NCBI GenBank assembly: GCA_043228905.1
Contig: JBHGNT010000001.1
Span: 16,988,001-17,052,000, forward strand
Direction of reading: 5' to 3'
DNA from: Azolla caroliniana
Taxonomy: Eukaryota; Plantae; Polypodiophyta
Length of the DNA stretch: 64,000 nt
The notes beneath the pieces were generated by a model. It had not been told where the DNA came from. It ran no database searches and saw only the letters and a list, made by a program, of their open reading frames with translations. Shown here piece by piece: positions 1 to 12,699 of the stretch. The stretch's first letter is position 1. The number at the start of each line of letters is the position of its first letter. Made by a program: the position numbers and the translations under genes.

Positions 1-846
1 TGACGAGAGCAGAGAAAAATGGCTGAATGCGATGCAAGAGGAGATGGAATCCTTCCACGCGAATTACACCTACGACCTAGTAGAGTTGCCGAAAGGTAAG
101 AGAGCACTCAGGAATAAATGGGTCTACAAGGTGAAGACTTGAGAAGTCGACAATGAGCCTAGGTATAAAGCCCGCATAGTGGTGAAGGTTTTCCAACAGA
201 GGAAGGGCATCGACTTTGACAAAATATTCGCACCAGTCGTGAAGATGACATCTATACGAACTGTTCTGAGCATAGCGGCCAGCATGGATCTAGAGATCGA
301 ACAATTGGATGTCAAAACCACATTTCTGCACGGGGAGCTAGAAGAAGAAATCTACATGCAGCAACCTGAAGGCTTTGAGGAAAAAGAGAAAGAGAATCCG
401 GTGTGTCGACTGAGGAAAAGCTTGTACGGTCTGAAATAAGCTCCACACCAATGGTACAAGAAATTTGAGTCCTTCATGATGGAATATCGGTTCCAGAAAA
501 CACAAGCCGATCACTATGTGTTCGTCAAAAGGTACGAGAAGGAGATTTCTTGATTCTCTTGCTATATGTTGATGATATGTTGATAGTCGGTCAAGACACA
601 AGGAAGATTGGAAGCTTGAAGAAAGCTCTCGGCAAATCATTTGCCATGAAAGACCTTGGACCGGCAAAGCAAATCCTAGGAATGCACATAACCCGAGATA
701 GAGCTCGGAAGGTGCTATGGTTGTCACAATAGAAGTATGTGACGAAGATCCTAGAGAGGTTCAACATGTCAGATGCAAAGTCGGTCTGCTCTGTGTTGCC
801 GACAAATTGCAGACTAAATGCGAAGCAGTGTCCGAAGGGACAAAAG
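1..846 (+). pseudogene. Ty1/copia reverse transcriptase fragment (truncated)
   Basis: ORFs 179-439 and 550-732 give QLDVKTTFLHGELEEEIYM and LLLYVDDMLIVG...MKDLGPAKQILGM; stops and frameshifts; ends abruptly near 846. Confidence 0.93.
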
Positions 847-1075
847 CGTATTTAAGCATTGTCTGTCTATTGTGATTTGAATTCTGTGACGGTTTCTATA
901 CACTGTCAACAATAGTCGATGGCATCTTTTAAGGTAGTCAGCCACCACAGGCCGCTATTCCAATTTTTCCTTGCCGTCATTTCTCCTACATAATGACCAC
1001 CGGCAATGCTGCAATGGGCCTCACAGCGAACCGCTTCCTTCTCGTATTGTTGAACCTTCTGCCGCCATATCTCGT
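847..1075 (-). pseudogene. Gypsy integrase zinc-finger segment, continuation of pol at 6367-7985
   Basis: Minus strand reads EIWRQKVQQYEKEAVRCEAHCSIAGGHYVGEMTARKNWNSGLWWLTTLKD, which follows directly on ...TLYHKGVDD at 6367. Confidence 0.85.
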
Positions 1076-1326
1076 TGTTGTTCGGTTGACAATTGCTATT
1101 TTGCCTACAAACTATAAGATGAACGTTAGTCTCAAACGTTCTATCAAAAAGTTGGGGTTAGACGAATAGATACAAATTAGTTGTAAACTTATTGGTGATA
1201 ACAGACACCGAGATCATGACTTAGGTAATATAGCCTAGGCAGAAATAAACAGATGACAAGAAGCAATCTGTACACAGAGATTCCCTAACCAAACTTTATA
1301 TTACTAAATACAATGATAGATTTTTA

Positions 1327-2071
1327 TGTTGGGAGACAGGTCCCTCCGGATGGGAAGGGAGAAGAACAGTGCCGACGAACAAACTCGGCCGAGGCCGACA
1401 AGCCGAGGCTGAAACGGTATGAACCGGATGGGGAGTACCCGATTGCGGAGAGCCGGATGGTGTAGGCCCGGTATGAACCGGATGGGGAGTACCCGACTGC
1501 GGAGAGCCGGGTGGTGTAGGCCCGGTATGAACCGGATGGGGAGTACCCGACTACGGAGAGCCGGATGGTGCAGGCCCAGTATGAACCAGAGGAAGAGACA
1601 TATTCGTAAATATGTTTCTGAGAGCCCATCGAGGCTACATTTGTAAATAGCCGAAAAGTTATATTATTATAAATATGACTTAGGGCAAACTTTTAGGTGT
1701 GTCGTTTTTTTTGTTGTTGTTATTCTTCCTTGTTGGTGCAAGAAGAAGTGAGAGCGCGTAACTGTACAGAGAGAGAGAGAGAGAGAGAGAGAGACGAGGT
1801 CGTTGCCTCTGTTGTAACCGCCGCCTGTGGCGAAGATCTGAGAGCACGAGGTCGTTGCCTCAGTGAACTCACTGTTGTATATTCCTACATAGTGACAGTT
1901 TGCAGCCTGTGGGCTGCCGTGGTTTTTTTCCCTATTTTGGGGTTTTCCACGTAAACCTCCTGTGTACCATTTCTCCCTTTTGTGTCGCAGTTCATTACCT
2001 GTTTTTCTGTGTATGAAAAGAATCTCGGTTGTGGCCGAGCGTCGGACATAAGGAACGTCGAGTTCCCTACA
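1327..2071 (+). mobile_element. Solo LTR of the Copia-B family inserted in a gypsy LTR
   Basis: TGTTGGGAGAC...CCTACA, TSD TTTTA on both sides; homologous to LTR 34061-34970; contains about three 54-bp repeats. Confidence 0.92.
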
Positions 2072-2284
2072 TTTTACAATGGCTTGGGTTCCTTTTATAG
2101 GTACCCCGAAGGTCTTCTCTCATCAAGAATTCCTACTGCTTATACTTAACAAGAATTTCAAAACTTCGTAACTACCTATGTCCTATTCGGCTTTTTGCTG
2201 AGTCATCGATCCGAGCTGTCGATCCGACTCCGACTCCGAACATCTTTCCGATTCTGACACCTTCATACTTGTCCGGGTAACACT

Positions 2285-2324
2285 TGGAACGCTCGTGGGC
2301 CAGGACATTGTCCGGCGAACCCAT
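2285..2324 (-). other. Structured 3' element / tRNA-3'-end mimic at the PPT position
   Basis: Sense strand ATGG GTTC GCC GGAC AAT GTCC T GGC CCAC GAGCGTTCCA, 2 nt before the LTR. Confidence 0.7.
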
Positions 2325-2333
2325 AGGACCCCT

Positions 2334-4020
2334 CTACTCCTACTGCTCTAAGGAAAGATCTTCCTCCATCTCCAAATCCTCGTCTACGTCGTCCTGCAAA
2401 ATGTCGAATAATGAGGGTTCTGCCTCCTGTGTTGCCATGCCTTCCTCGTCTTCGTCTTCATCTTCGGTATCCTCCCCGTTGTTGTTTTCTTGTCAGGTTC
2501 CTTCCGTCGATGGTCTTGGCTCCGCTTCTGTTCCTGCTTCCGGTGCCCCGAGTCCAGGTGTTTTGGTGACCCTTTCGGCTTCGATATTGTCTAACTCGAC
2601 GGATGTCTCGACATCATGCTTGTCGAATTCCTGCATGATTCGGTTAATTTCTTCTTTAAAATAAGCCGCCATGTCGTATACGTCCTTGGCAATATCTTCC
2701 TGAACTATGGTCATTGCTTCTCCCGACATCTTGAGGAAGCCTTTGCCTTGAACTTTCCTATTTTCTCTGTCGGCTCTTAATAGCTAAAACTCCGTGGCTT
2801 GTGCCAACCATGTTTGCCAACCCTTCTCCAGCGATTCATTGACCAATTTTAGGGTGTTAATTCGGTGACGTCTAATGATTGCTTGAACCCTGTCCTGAGT
2901 CATTCTAGCCTCAAACTGTGTTGTTGCCAATGTTTTCCGTAAATCAATGATTACCACATTGGTATGCCCTTCTGCCTGCATCAATTTAGCTTGTGCCACT
3001 AAGAGGTCAAGTTGTCGTTTGTTAGAGACTGTGTTTGAATTTCTGCACATCGGTTTTCCAACTTCGCTTTCTCTTCATTCTAGTTGTTCTGCTGTTGAAT
3101 AATTTTTCCGTTGATTTTGTCTATCAGTTTGTCCTTACCAGCCAACTGTGTTGTAAAACAAGTCTCTTTGCTCTTGACATAGTCCTCCAGTTCCTCGACT
3201 TGTTGCGTTGTAGGCTCTTGCTGTTGGGCTAACTGTTGACATAAATCTAGTATTACATTATCCTTTTCCCCTAAACATCTATCGGTCATCGTTTTTGCTG
3301 ACTGTAATCGAGCCTCCATTTCCCTGAACCGGTCCTCAGTCCTTTCCACCTTCATTTCGGCCTCTCTTCGTGCTTGTTCGGCTTGGTACAACCTCTTTTG
3401 TAATTCCGAATCCGTCTCCAAAGGTTGTCTTTGTGACTCTAGCTGGAATATATGTTCTCTCACTTTCTCTAGAGCCACTTGTTCTTCTTGTAGTATATTT
3501 TTCAATTGCTGATTTTCTGCCTGCATTTGTTTATATTGTGCATTAAGCACATCTACAACTATTGTAGCCTATTTGTATAATTCAGCCATATCCCTGGCCG
3601 CTCTGCTAGCCTTTTCATATTCACGGTGTACTTCCACCAGTGCTTCATGTAATGGTGGTATTTGAATGGCTTCACCTCTATTTTTAGCATGTCGTTGTCG
3701 ACCAATTCTATCCACTTCTGCTTGCTCATTTGGTTCGATAGCTCCAAATAATGACTTCTGGATCATTATTTGATCTGTGCTCTTGCACCATTCTTTCTGA
3801 CACTTCTTGTAGTCTTTTAGCTAACCATTCTACTAGTTCATATGATGTTCCGAACTACAGAATGGCAGCTAGCTCATGTGCTGCTGCCGGAATGTCAGAA
3901 AAACAGAGTGCCTCTTGCACCGTTGTCATTGATGCCTGCCCTTTTTGAACTCGTGACGTGTCATCTGGATTGACACGAGATATTTCCGTGCTTTGGGCGG
4001 TTTGATCGTTATTTCTCTTC
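2334..4020 (-). pseudogene. 3' extra ORF (coiled-coil plus acidic tail), fragmented
   Basis: ORFs 3569-3766, 3080-3550, 2784-3050 and 2493-2729 are E/Q/K-rich and helical; same position as the extra ORFs of the other gypsy elements. Confidence 0.7.
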
Positions 4021-5880
4021 TAATTGATGGATTTTGCTCATCCATGATTGAAGGGTTGGTGCTCGGCTGACTATAGTTTACCAATACTTGTTCTGACCCC
4101 TTTTGGGCAATCAATGTCGCTACTTTTTCGGTAAATCTAGGGACCAACTTAAGTAATCCGGTCAGTGGTAATGACACTTGGCAATCTGCCAAGAGTTTCC
4201 AAGCTTCCTCTTGTTCCGGTACAGGAATCACTCATGGTAATTTATTAGCTTGATTAATTTCATTGTCTTGGAGCATCCGGTTTACATTATTCCTGTTTGC
4301 TTCCTCTACCCATTCCTTGGCTGCTTTCCGGACTGCTTCCTGAATCTCCCACTCAGATTGTTTACTTTTGCTCCTAGTGGTTACTTGTTGTATTTCCAGT
4401 ATAACCATATTAACCGTCGGTCCTTTCCCTTTAGCAGGGTACTGATTAGCATAATGACCAGTTTGACGGCAAATATAGCAAGTAGGAACAAATGTTCCAC
4501 TTCCCTCGCCTTGCTCAAACTGACTAGTCCCATCATTTTGCATAAACTGTTGACCATCATTCGACGATTGCTAAAACTGTCGTGAGGCTTTTGGCTTGTA
4601 GAATTTTTTATTTTTATACCGGTTCTGCTTAAACCATCCTCCATTTTGCTGTTGCTGATTCATATTCGATGGTACCAAGAATTCTTGATTTTGTTGAAAA
4701 TTATTTTGTTGAAAATCTTGATTGTGCTGAAAATTACTTTGTTGGAAAGACTGATTATTTTGTTGAGAAGCTGGATTCTGCTGCAATTTATTTTGCTGAA
4801 AGGTTTGATTGTTTTGAAAATTATTTTGTTGAGCTTGTGGAAAACTATTTTGTTGGTATCCATTATTAAACAAATTCTGTTTATTGTGGTACCCATTTTC
4901 CAGAAAAATTTGTCCTACTGGAGCCGTCGTTTTATTGACCAAGTTATACTCACATTGCTCGACTGAATGAAGTTTAGAATGACATATTGTGCAATGTGTT
5001 CGTAGACTACACTCGATCGTCGAATGACCGGTATTTAAACAAGTAGTACACTGAACTGCTTGTCGAAATTGTAACTCCTCCATCATTGGTAGTGTACGAT
5101 TTAGTGCTGACATATCCATACTCCGTACATTTATCGGCTGTCAGCCCATAGTGATTGCCTTATCAATCACTTGCTCGATATTCTGATTCCGGAAATCGAA
5201 CACCTTCAGTTTTGTTCGTAATGGTTCTCGAATTGCTTCAAGGAATGCATCCTTCAATTCATCGTCCGGAATAGGCCTAGAAATTTGCAGTTGCAAATTT
5301 TGAAAACGGATCACGAATTGAGACACTGTTTCCTGTTGCTCTTGATACAACACATAAATTTGCGCTATCAAGTCTTTTTGAGGTATTTGACGATGAAATA
5401 ACTGCAGAAATTTGTTGTTCAATTGTTCGAATGTTTCGAACCCATGGAGACCATTTTGCGCAAACCAATTAGCGGAATAACCCTCCAATGCCAAAACGAA
5501 CTCAGCAATCTTCGACTTATCTTCGGTTGCCGCCAACAATCTCTGAGCTCCATGGTTAATCTCCCATGTTGTCAGAAAATCCCTCACATGCGCTTCTGCA
5601 TCAGCTCCCTCTCGGAACTTTGAGTACGGATAAGGCATATTATCCTCACTCCAGATATCGTAAAATGATACCTCTTCCGGCTGATTTTTGTCGAAAGACT
5701 GGCTATCAATTAAATTAGGAAGTACCAACCACCTTCTACTTGTGTCCTGTTGTAATCCCTCTGCCGATTCTGTCTCTAGCGTTTTCGTAACAGAACGCGT
5801 ACGAGGACGTTTACAACCGACTGGTGTATTTGGACCAAACGACATCCATTCTTCTTGTTCTCTGTTATGTGCAGATGTAA
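4020..5880 (-). pseudogene. Gypsy gag with Q/N-rich insert, truncated before the protease
   Basis: MPYPYSKFREGADAEAHV... capsid region; knuckles CTTCLNTGHSTIEC, CTICHSKLHSVEQC and CYICRQTGH; ORFs 5141-5920, 4571-5119, 4232-4543, 3926-4231. Confidence 0.88.
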
Positions 5881-5903
5881 CCAGGCTTGCCAAAATTATA
5901 CTG

Positions 5904-6366
5904 TGTTGTTTGGTTGACAATTGTTATTTTGCCGACAGAGTATAAGACCAACGTTCCTCTCGAACGTTCTATGAAAAAGTTGTGGTTAGACGAATAGATA
6001 CAAATTAGCTGTAAACTTATCGGTGATAACAGACACCGAGATCGTGACTTAGGTAATATAGCTTAGGCAGAAATAAACAGATGACAAGAAGCAATCCATA
6101 CATAGAGATTCCCTAACCAAACTTTATATTATTAAATACAACGATAGATTTTTACAATGCCTTCGGTTCCTTTTATAGATAACCCAAAGGTCTTTTCTCA
6201 TCAAGAAATTCTACTGCTTATACTTAACAAGAATTACAAAACATCGTAACTAACTATGTCCTATTTGGCTTTTTGCTGAGTGATCGATCCGAACTGTCGA
6301 TACGGCTCCAACTCCAACTCCGAACATCTTTCCGATTCTGACACATTCATACTTGTTCGGGTAACA
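5904..6366 (-). repeat. 5' LTR of element 1076-6366
   Basis: Aligns end to end with 1076-1326 plus 2072-2282. Confidence 0.9.
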
Positions 6367-7985
6367 GTCGTCGACTCCTTTATGGTATAATGTGTCGTTC
6401 AAGAGACAGAAGTTCCGACTTCTTATTGCTAGCCTTTTTCTTTCATCCAGTAGCATGCCTTCTGGCAACCATCTTGTACTTAAAAAAATCATCATTTCAG
6501 TGATCCATAAATCTGCCCGATCTTCATCCATCTCTGTGGTTGCTACAATGTCGACTCTAAAAAGTTGAGTGACGGGAAAATTATCGTTTACTCCTGTACC
6601 CGATTCTAGTCGACTCAGGTAGTCGGCGACTGCATGTTGTACCCCTGGGCGATGGATTATGTCAAATTCGAACTTTTGCGGCAATAATGTTGATCGGGCT
6701 AGTTTTCTTGTTAATTCCAATTTGGACACTAAATATAATAATGTTGAATGGTCAACATGAAATCTGAATTTTCGGCCCAACAGGTAATGTCGGAATTGAT
6801 TGATACTATATATCATGCAGAGAGCCTCGCGTTCGGTTGTCGAATAGTTGCGCTACGTCATTGATAGCTTCTGACTCACATAATAAAGTGGTTTGTACCA
6901 GTTCGGCTCCATCAGCTGCATTGGACGTGTTGACAAAGACATGAAACTGCTTTCCCCAATCGAGAGGTTGCACAACTGGTACCTTAGTGAGCATCTTCTT
7001 AAAACAATCGTAAGCATCTTGCTCTACATTTGTCCATTGAAAAGGTGCTTTATGCATTGTCATACGTAAAGGTGTTGCTACATCGGCTAAATACCGAATC
7101 ATTCGACTATGCCATTTGATTTGGCCCAAAAACCTACTGAGAGCTTTAGCATTAGTCAGCGTCGGAGCTTCCCTTATTTCCTTCACTTTGTCGTGATCGC
7201 CTATTATGCCGTCTGACTGACAATGTGGCCAAGTAACATACCACTCGTTATCTTGAATGCACATTTAGCGGGATTGAGACTAAGTTGGCCTTATTGACAC
7301 TATTCTAGACACAGACGTAAATGCTCGAAATGATCAGCTTTTTTGCTATACACAGCAGAATCATCAAGAAATACCTGCATAAATGTAGGTATATAATCAG
7401 TGAATATTTCCTAAATGTCCCTCTGAAATGTCATTGTGGCTGTTTTTAAGCCAAACATCATTACGACTACGACAAATACTCCCCATTTAGTTACAAATGT
7501 TGTTTTCTCCTGATCCTCCAAGTGCATGCGAACCTGATTATAGCCACTAAATCCATCCAGAACGGTGTAAAATTCATGTCCTACCACCGCATCCAAAACT
7601 CCATCCATAAAGGGTAACTAAAATGCATCTGTTACCGTAGCTGTAGTAAGCTTTCTATAGTTGACACATACCCTGATCTTTCCATTCTTCTTGGGTACGA
7701 CTACGATTGGACTTAATCGAATTGCCTTCTTCACTGCTCGAATAAAACTAACTCTGAGTAGTTTGTCGATTTCCTCTTTTACTTTCACATCATAATTGGG
7801 ATTTAATCGGTATCAACGTTGTGATACCGGCTTCACATCTTGATGCAAATTTATCTGATGCTGATAGAAGGCCGGATCTAATCCATTCATATCTTCAAAT
7901 GATCAGCCAAACACATATTTATATTTACGCAATAAATCAGTCATCTTAGCTTTCTCAGCCGATTCCATTTCTTTAGCTATTAGAA
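6367..7985 (-). pseudogene. Gypsy pol fragment (RT-RNaseH-start of INT)
   Basis: LDGFSGYNQVRM, MMFGLKTA, ALSRFLGQIKWH, FRHYLLGRKFRFHVDH; degenerate. Confidence 0.92.
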
Positions 7986-8443
7986 TGGTCTTCGATTCCA
8001 CGTCGGAATGGCAACCAGGCAAACAGTCGGAACAGGCTCGGCTACACCAGCTCCTCGCACTCGGAGAGGAGCAGGTTCGGAGTATGGAAATCTTGGAACA
8101 AGATCAACAACGCCGGAAAGCATTTATGGATCGTCACTTCAGGTGTAATGAGGAATTTTTCAGAATCGAAAAGCCCGTACTCGTGTTCCACACACACATG
8201 AGGAAAATTCCGACAAAACTTCGTTTCCAATGGAGAGGGACATATTGGATAGTCGCGGCCCCAAAAGGGGTATTTACGCTTGGCACCCTAGCCAGAGAAA
8301 TTCTAACGCCGAAAGTTCAGGGATTCCAACTAAAAGCATATGCGGGGCCCACACCACTGAACCCATTCAAACCAATTGCAGATCCCACACAAAAGAACGC
8401 CAACCCTAAATCATCCTCGGGTGGGGAACCCACCTCGCAGTAA
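7985..8443 (+). pseudogene. Gypsy integrase C-terminal fragment
   Basis: EQDQQRRKAFMDRH...KLRFQWRGTYWI, homologous to the C-terminus of ORF 51635-52462. Confidence 0.8.
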
Positions 8444-8455
8444 ATACGGGTCATT

Positions 8456-8893
8456 GTACATTAATGTAATTTAATGTATACTAGGAATAGCCATAACCGT
8501 TATAAAAATAAAAATAGAAACGCTATATTTAAAAGGCACGACCCCCAAGAAAAGCATGTAAAAAGTGAGTCGTAAATTTGTAGACGCGCTCAAGTAATAT
8601 ACACTCTTCTTTTGCTCAATCTCTGCTTTTGTGTCTATTGTAATTGTGTATATCCGTGCCGTAATCTGTGGCTGAGTTTTCCTCTATGTTGAGCACTCGT
8701 ACTCTGTGTGGAGTACTAAATCCCCTATGGGTGGAGGCCACTTGTGCGGATCTCCACAACTTCCCAGTTACGTTGAGCACCCCTTACGACTCTGTCGCAA
8801 TACGACTCACGCACCCTCCGCCTATACCACAGTCACCTTGAGCCGGTTAGCATAGAAACGCATAACGACACCGTGTTACCGAATCCAGTAACA
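8456..8893 (+). repeat. Probable gypsy LTR (start uncertain, 8456 or 8557) followed by a PBS at 8899-8912
   Basis: Ends ...CAGTAACA, then CTTTT-TGCACGCCAGGTAG (tRNA-Arg-type PBS), then gag. Confidence 0.5.
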
Positions 8894-8939
8894 CTTTTTG
8901 CACGCCAGGTAGATCTGTACCAACACAACAAACGTCAGC

Positions 8940-11400
8940 GGATGCATGTCTAGTCATCGCAACAACAACGGAACAGGTAGCCACCGACTTCTCACTCGCG
9001 CTAAGGCTAAGAGGATACTAGAGGCTCCCATCATCAACCTCATCGACAACACCAACTAGATCTCGCAGCAAGATGAGACCCTGTCCGATTGCATGCCTGT
9101 AGAGCCACCCCGACACAAAGTCGCAAAACAGCTGGACTCTACCACAACCAGCACGAATCATTCCGGGTGTGAAAACCCGTTAGATCACACCACCAAAAAG
9201 CCCCCTTGCGGAGTTTTTTCCAAACATAGAGGAAGACACCATGTCGTACCCCTATCCCCGCTACAATGGCGAAGCCGACGCAAACGCTCATGTCCGCGCC
9301 TTCCTTACCACATGGCAAGTAAACCATGCCTCCCAACGCCTAGTGGTGACTGAGGCAAACATATCAAAGATAGCTGAGTTAGGGCTATCTCTGGATGGGC
9401 ACACAGCAAACTGATATTTGCAAAACGACATCACAGAGTTTGCCTATTTCGACCAACTCTGGGAGCATTTCATCCTATTGTTTCATCATAGAATTTGTCA
9501 ACGAGAATTAATGAGCCAATTCTACACAATAACGCGGGAACTAACAGAGACAGTCCCATAGTTCGTCATCCGATTTCAAAACTTACAACAACAACTAGCA
9601 CAATCTCTGATGTTGGACGAACTCACAGAGACATACTTGACCGCCTTCCGAGAACCTCTGTGCAAGACCTTGGGGGTGGTGGACCTCACGGGGAAACCAA
9701 TAGAGGACACCATAAGCCAGGTCCTATGGCTCGATAGTGCCCAGAGCATGTCCATGACCACTCAACAGCGGGCCTTACATATAAAGGAGGAGACACGCTT
9801 TCGCCAGGCCGTCCAATGTACCACCTGCCACCTTCCCTAAAACTCACGCTCCGCTCCCACTGCCCGATCTACCATTCCTGCACACACACATTGGAGCTCT
9901 GCGAATACAACCTGCTGAATGGAAATGCAACACCGGTACGACAGATAGAGCTGCAAAACAACAGACCACAACCAGACGATCGCGTGAGGTACCGCGATGA
10001 GGACAAACCTCGTTACAACGATCAGGGCTGATACACAGACGACCATGACTGGGATGATGACCACCGTCGGGACGACTATTATAGGCGCGGCAACGACTAT
10101 CGACGCGGTGACAATTACATCTACAAAAATGACTATCGTCGGAACAACAACTAGAAGCGTGAAGCCAACTATGATCGAGACGCAGACTACCGAAGAAACG
10201 ATTACCGCAGAGGCAGGAACGACACAAACCAAGGTCATCATTATCATAATCGGGGCTCTGCCAACAATAGGGGAGGCCAAGCGGAGTCACACTATTATGA
10301 CCACAAACCCCAAGACTTTCGGCAACAGGAGGAGCAACGAGACGACAATAGAAGGGGCCAACCTAATAACTACCGTCGTGACGACCGCTGCCGAAGCCGA
10401 AACCAGTGTCAAACCTAGCCATGGCCACAGGATGAAAATGAACAACAGTTAGTGCCTATCACGCCGGCCGGTATAGAACAAGGTGAGTCAAGCGTTCACT
10501 ACTTTAATTGCCAGGAGTCAAGCCACTACGCACCGCAATGCCCACATAAGCAAAACGGCAAACTCCCGGTGCTCAACACAATCATAGTGGAGGTCTAGGA
10601 AGTAACAACTCGCAATAAGACCAAGACGGCTGCATGGGAAGAGCAAGAAGAGATATGTAATGCGGCGAAAGCTTGGGTGGAAAAAGCCAACGGAGCTAAT
10701 GTAGAACACATGCGGCAGGAGAGCACACTCGGGGCAGCCACGAAGGAAGTACTAGCAAGGCAGACCCAATCTGGCAGGCCCTCGCGGAATGCCCAATTAC
10801 ACTCACAATGAGTAAGCTACTCAACTTGGTTCCTCGCTTTCGGCAAGCTCTGGAAACATGGATGCACCACACACCCTAGATAACGGTCTCCGCAAATTTC
10901 GTTGAATCTGCGGCAAGCCCGGCTATCATGGACCACCAGAACCCAACCATCAAAGTGCTCATACAAGGGATTGAAATCTCGAGATGCATCGTGGACAGTG
11001 GCTCCGGCGTCAATTTCATAAGTATAGCCAGATGCAACCACTTGGGCATCACAACTTGCGAAGTATGCCCCTTTTGGCATGAATGGCAGACACCACATCT
11101 GTCTTACCCCTAGGGATGTTGTGGAAACTATCAATCATAATAGGGGGTCACATGTTCCAGGGGCATACCCCTTCCTATTAGGACGACCATGGTTGCGCTT
11201 GGATCATATAAAGCAGAACTGGTAGCACAATTACATAAGTTTTTGTCGGGGCCGCGTGAAAATAAGGGTGCCAATGCAAGAAGGCACTACATCCCCGAAA
11301 TCCATGACCCTGTTGTACGCAGAAGACATCCACATGCTCAAAGGGCTTGAGGACCAGGAACTAGAAAAATATATGGATGAAAACCCTCGGATAGTCAACC
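8940..11400 (+). pseudogene. Degenerate gypsy gag-protease
   Basis: MSYPYPRYNGEADANAHV at 9241, RFRQAVQCTTC, an R/D/Y-rich tract, protease IVDSGSGVNFI at 10928-11113. Confidence 0.85.
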
Positions 11401-11414
11401 AGGCAGGGCCCATG

Positions 11415-11612
11415 TGTAAGGATGTCTGACCGGCCACAACCGGTTCACTCTTGTGCGTATGAGGGTGCAAAGATCAAAGTCGACAATACACAAACAAACA
11501 AAAAACCAGAAACACGGAGACATGATATTTTAATGTGGAAAACCCGAACTGGGAAAAACCACGAGAGCCCACAGACTCTGAACCAAATCACTAACAGTAA
11601 GAGGAATACAAT
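11415..11612 (-). repeat. Partial copia LTR (U5 end)
   Basis: Shares GGCCACAACCG, GTGGAAAACCC and GGGAAAAACCACG blocks with Copia-B/C LTRs. Confidence 0.6.
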
Positions 11613-11614
11613 AA

Positions 11615-12692
11615 GACCTTCAAGGCACTGACCTTAAGTTCTTCTTCGTCTAAGCAGACGGCTATAGAGTTACAACTCGCTCTCACTCTCTGTGCCGTAC
11701 ACATCTTCATCTTCCCCTTCTCCTTGCATGTAAATTGTCTCCTCGGTTTCTGGCACGGGGACTTCACAGTCGAGTCTCCACTACTCCCCGGTTCATCATC
11801 TGATTGGTCATTCTGACTCAATCTCTCATTCGCGCCACTCAACCGAAATGAGATCGGACCCTCTTGAGTTCCGATGTCTCCCTCGTTCCGAGAGTTGGCC
11901 TCACTAGCCTCACCTCCAGCAATCGACTCGGAGTCTTCGGGGGTCGGAGACAGACGGGAGTACCAAGATGCTAATTTGTGAAAGACGACATCGCGACTCA
12001 CCCTCACTTGCTTTGTCCAGGGGTTGTAGCACTTGTACCCCTTCTCCTTGTGCGAGTAGCCGGCCAAGATATACTTCTCCACCTTGGCATCCATCTTTCT
12101 CCACTTCTCATCCGGCAGATGCAAATAAGCAATGCTACCGAACACCCAAAGATTTCCCAAGTTTGGCTTGTGGCCGGAATAGAGCTCATGCGGTGGCATC
12201 TTTGCTCCGGACATAGAAATCCGATTCTGAATATAGACAGTCGTCGATGAAGGTGATGAAATATCAACTCCCGCCCATGCTCACATAGCTTGCCGGTCCC
12301 CATACATCCGTGTGGATTAGATCGAGCCGATTCCGGCTCTGATTCTTCTCATTGGGGAATTGAAGCCTATGTTACTTCCCAAGTTGACAGGCTTCACATA
12401 TCTCAGCCCTCTGGCCACTAAACTTTCAGCAGTCCGGAAACCAACTGATTCAACTGAAGTTCTTCAAGCTTTTGATAATTGATGTGGTCAATTCGCTTGT
12501 GCCACATGTCGATGTTGGATTCAACCTTTTGTCCTTTTACAAACATTGTGGCACTAACATCATTTTTTTTAGGATAAACATCCTCCTATCTCTATGCCCT
12601 CGCTCTATCAGTTGGCCCTCATCTTCAATGACGTAGCCGTGGTGATTAAATCGGACATGCATGCCATGGTCGACAATTAGTCTGATAGATAT
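11615..12692 (-). pseudogene. Copia-D protease-end/pre-integrase/integrase fragment (3' part of element 35809-37364)
   Basis: IVDHGMHVRFNHHG..., WHKRIDHINYQKL, VFGSIAYLHLPDEKWRKMD...VSRDVVF; joins KNLVS at 35809. Confidence 0.8.
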
Positions 12693-12699
12693 TATTACC

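Larger units (their letters stand above)
1076..6366 (-). mobile_element. Non-autonomous Athila-like gypsy element (gag + extra ORF, pol deleted)
   Basis: LTRs 1076-2282 (interrupted) and 5904-6366, TG...CA; TSD CTCGT/GTCGT (4 of 5 match); splits the host integrase. Confidence 0.85.
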
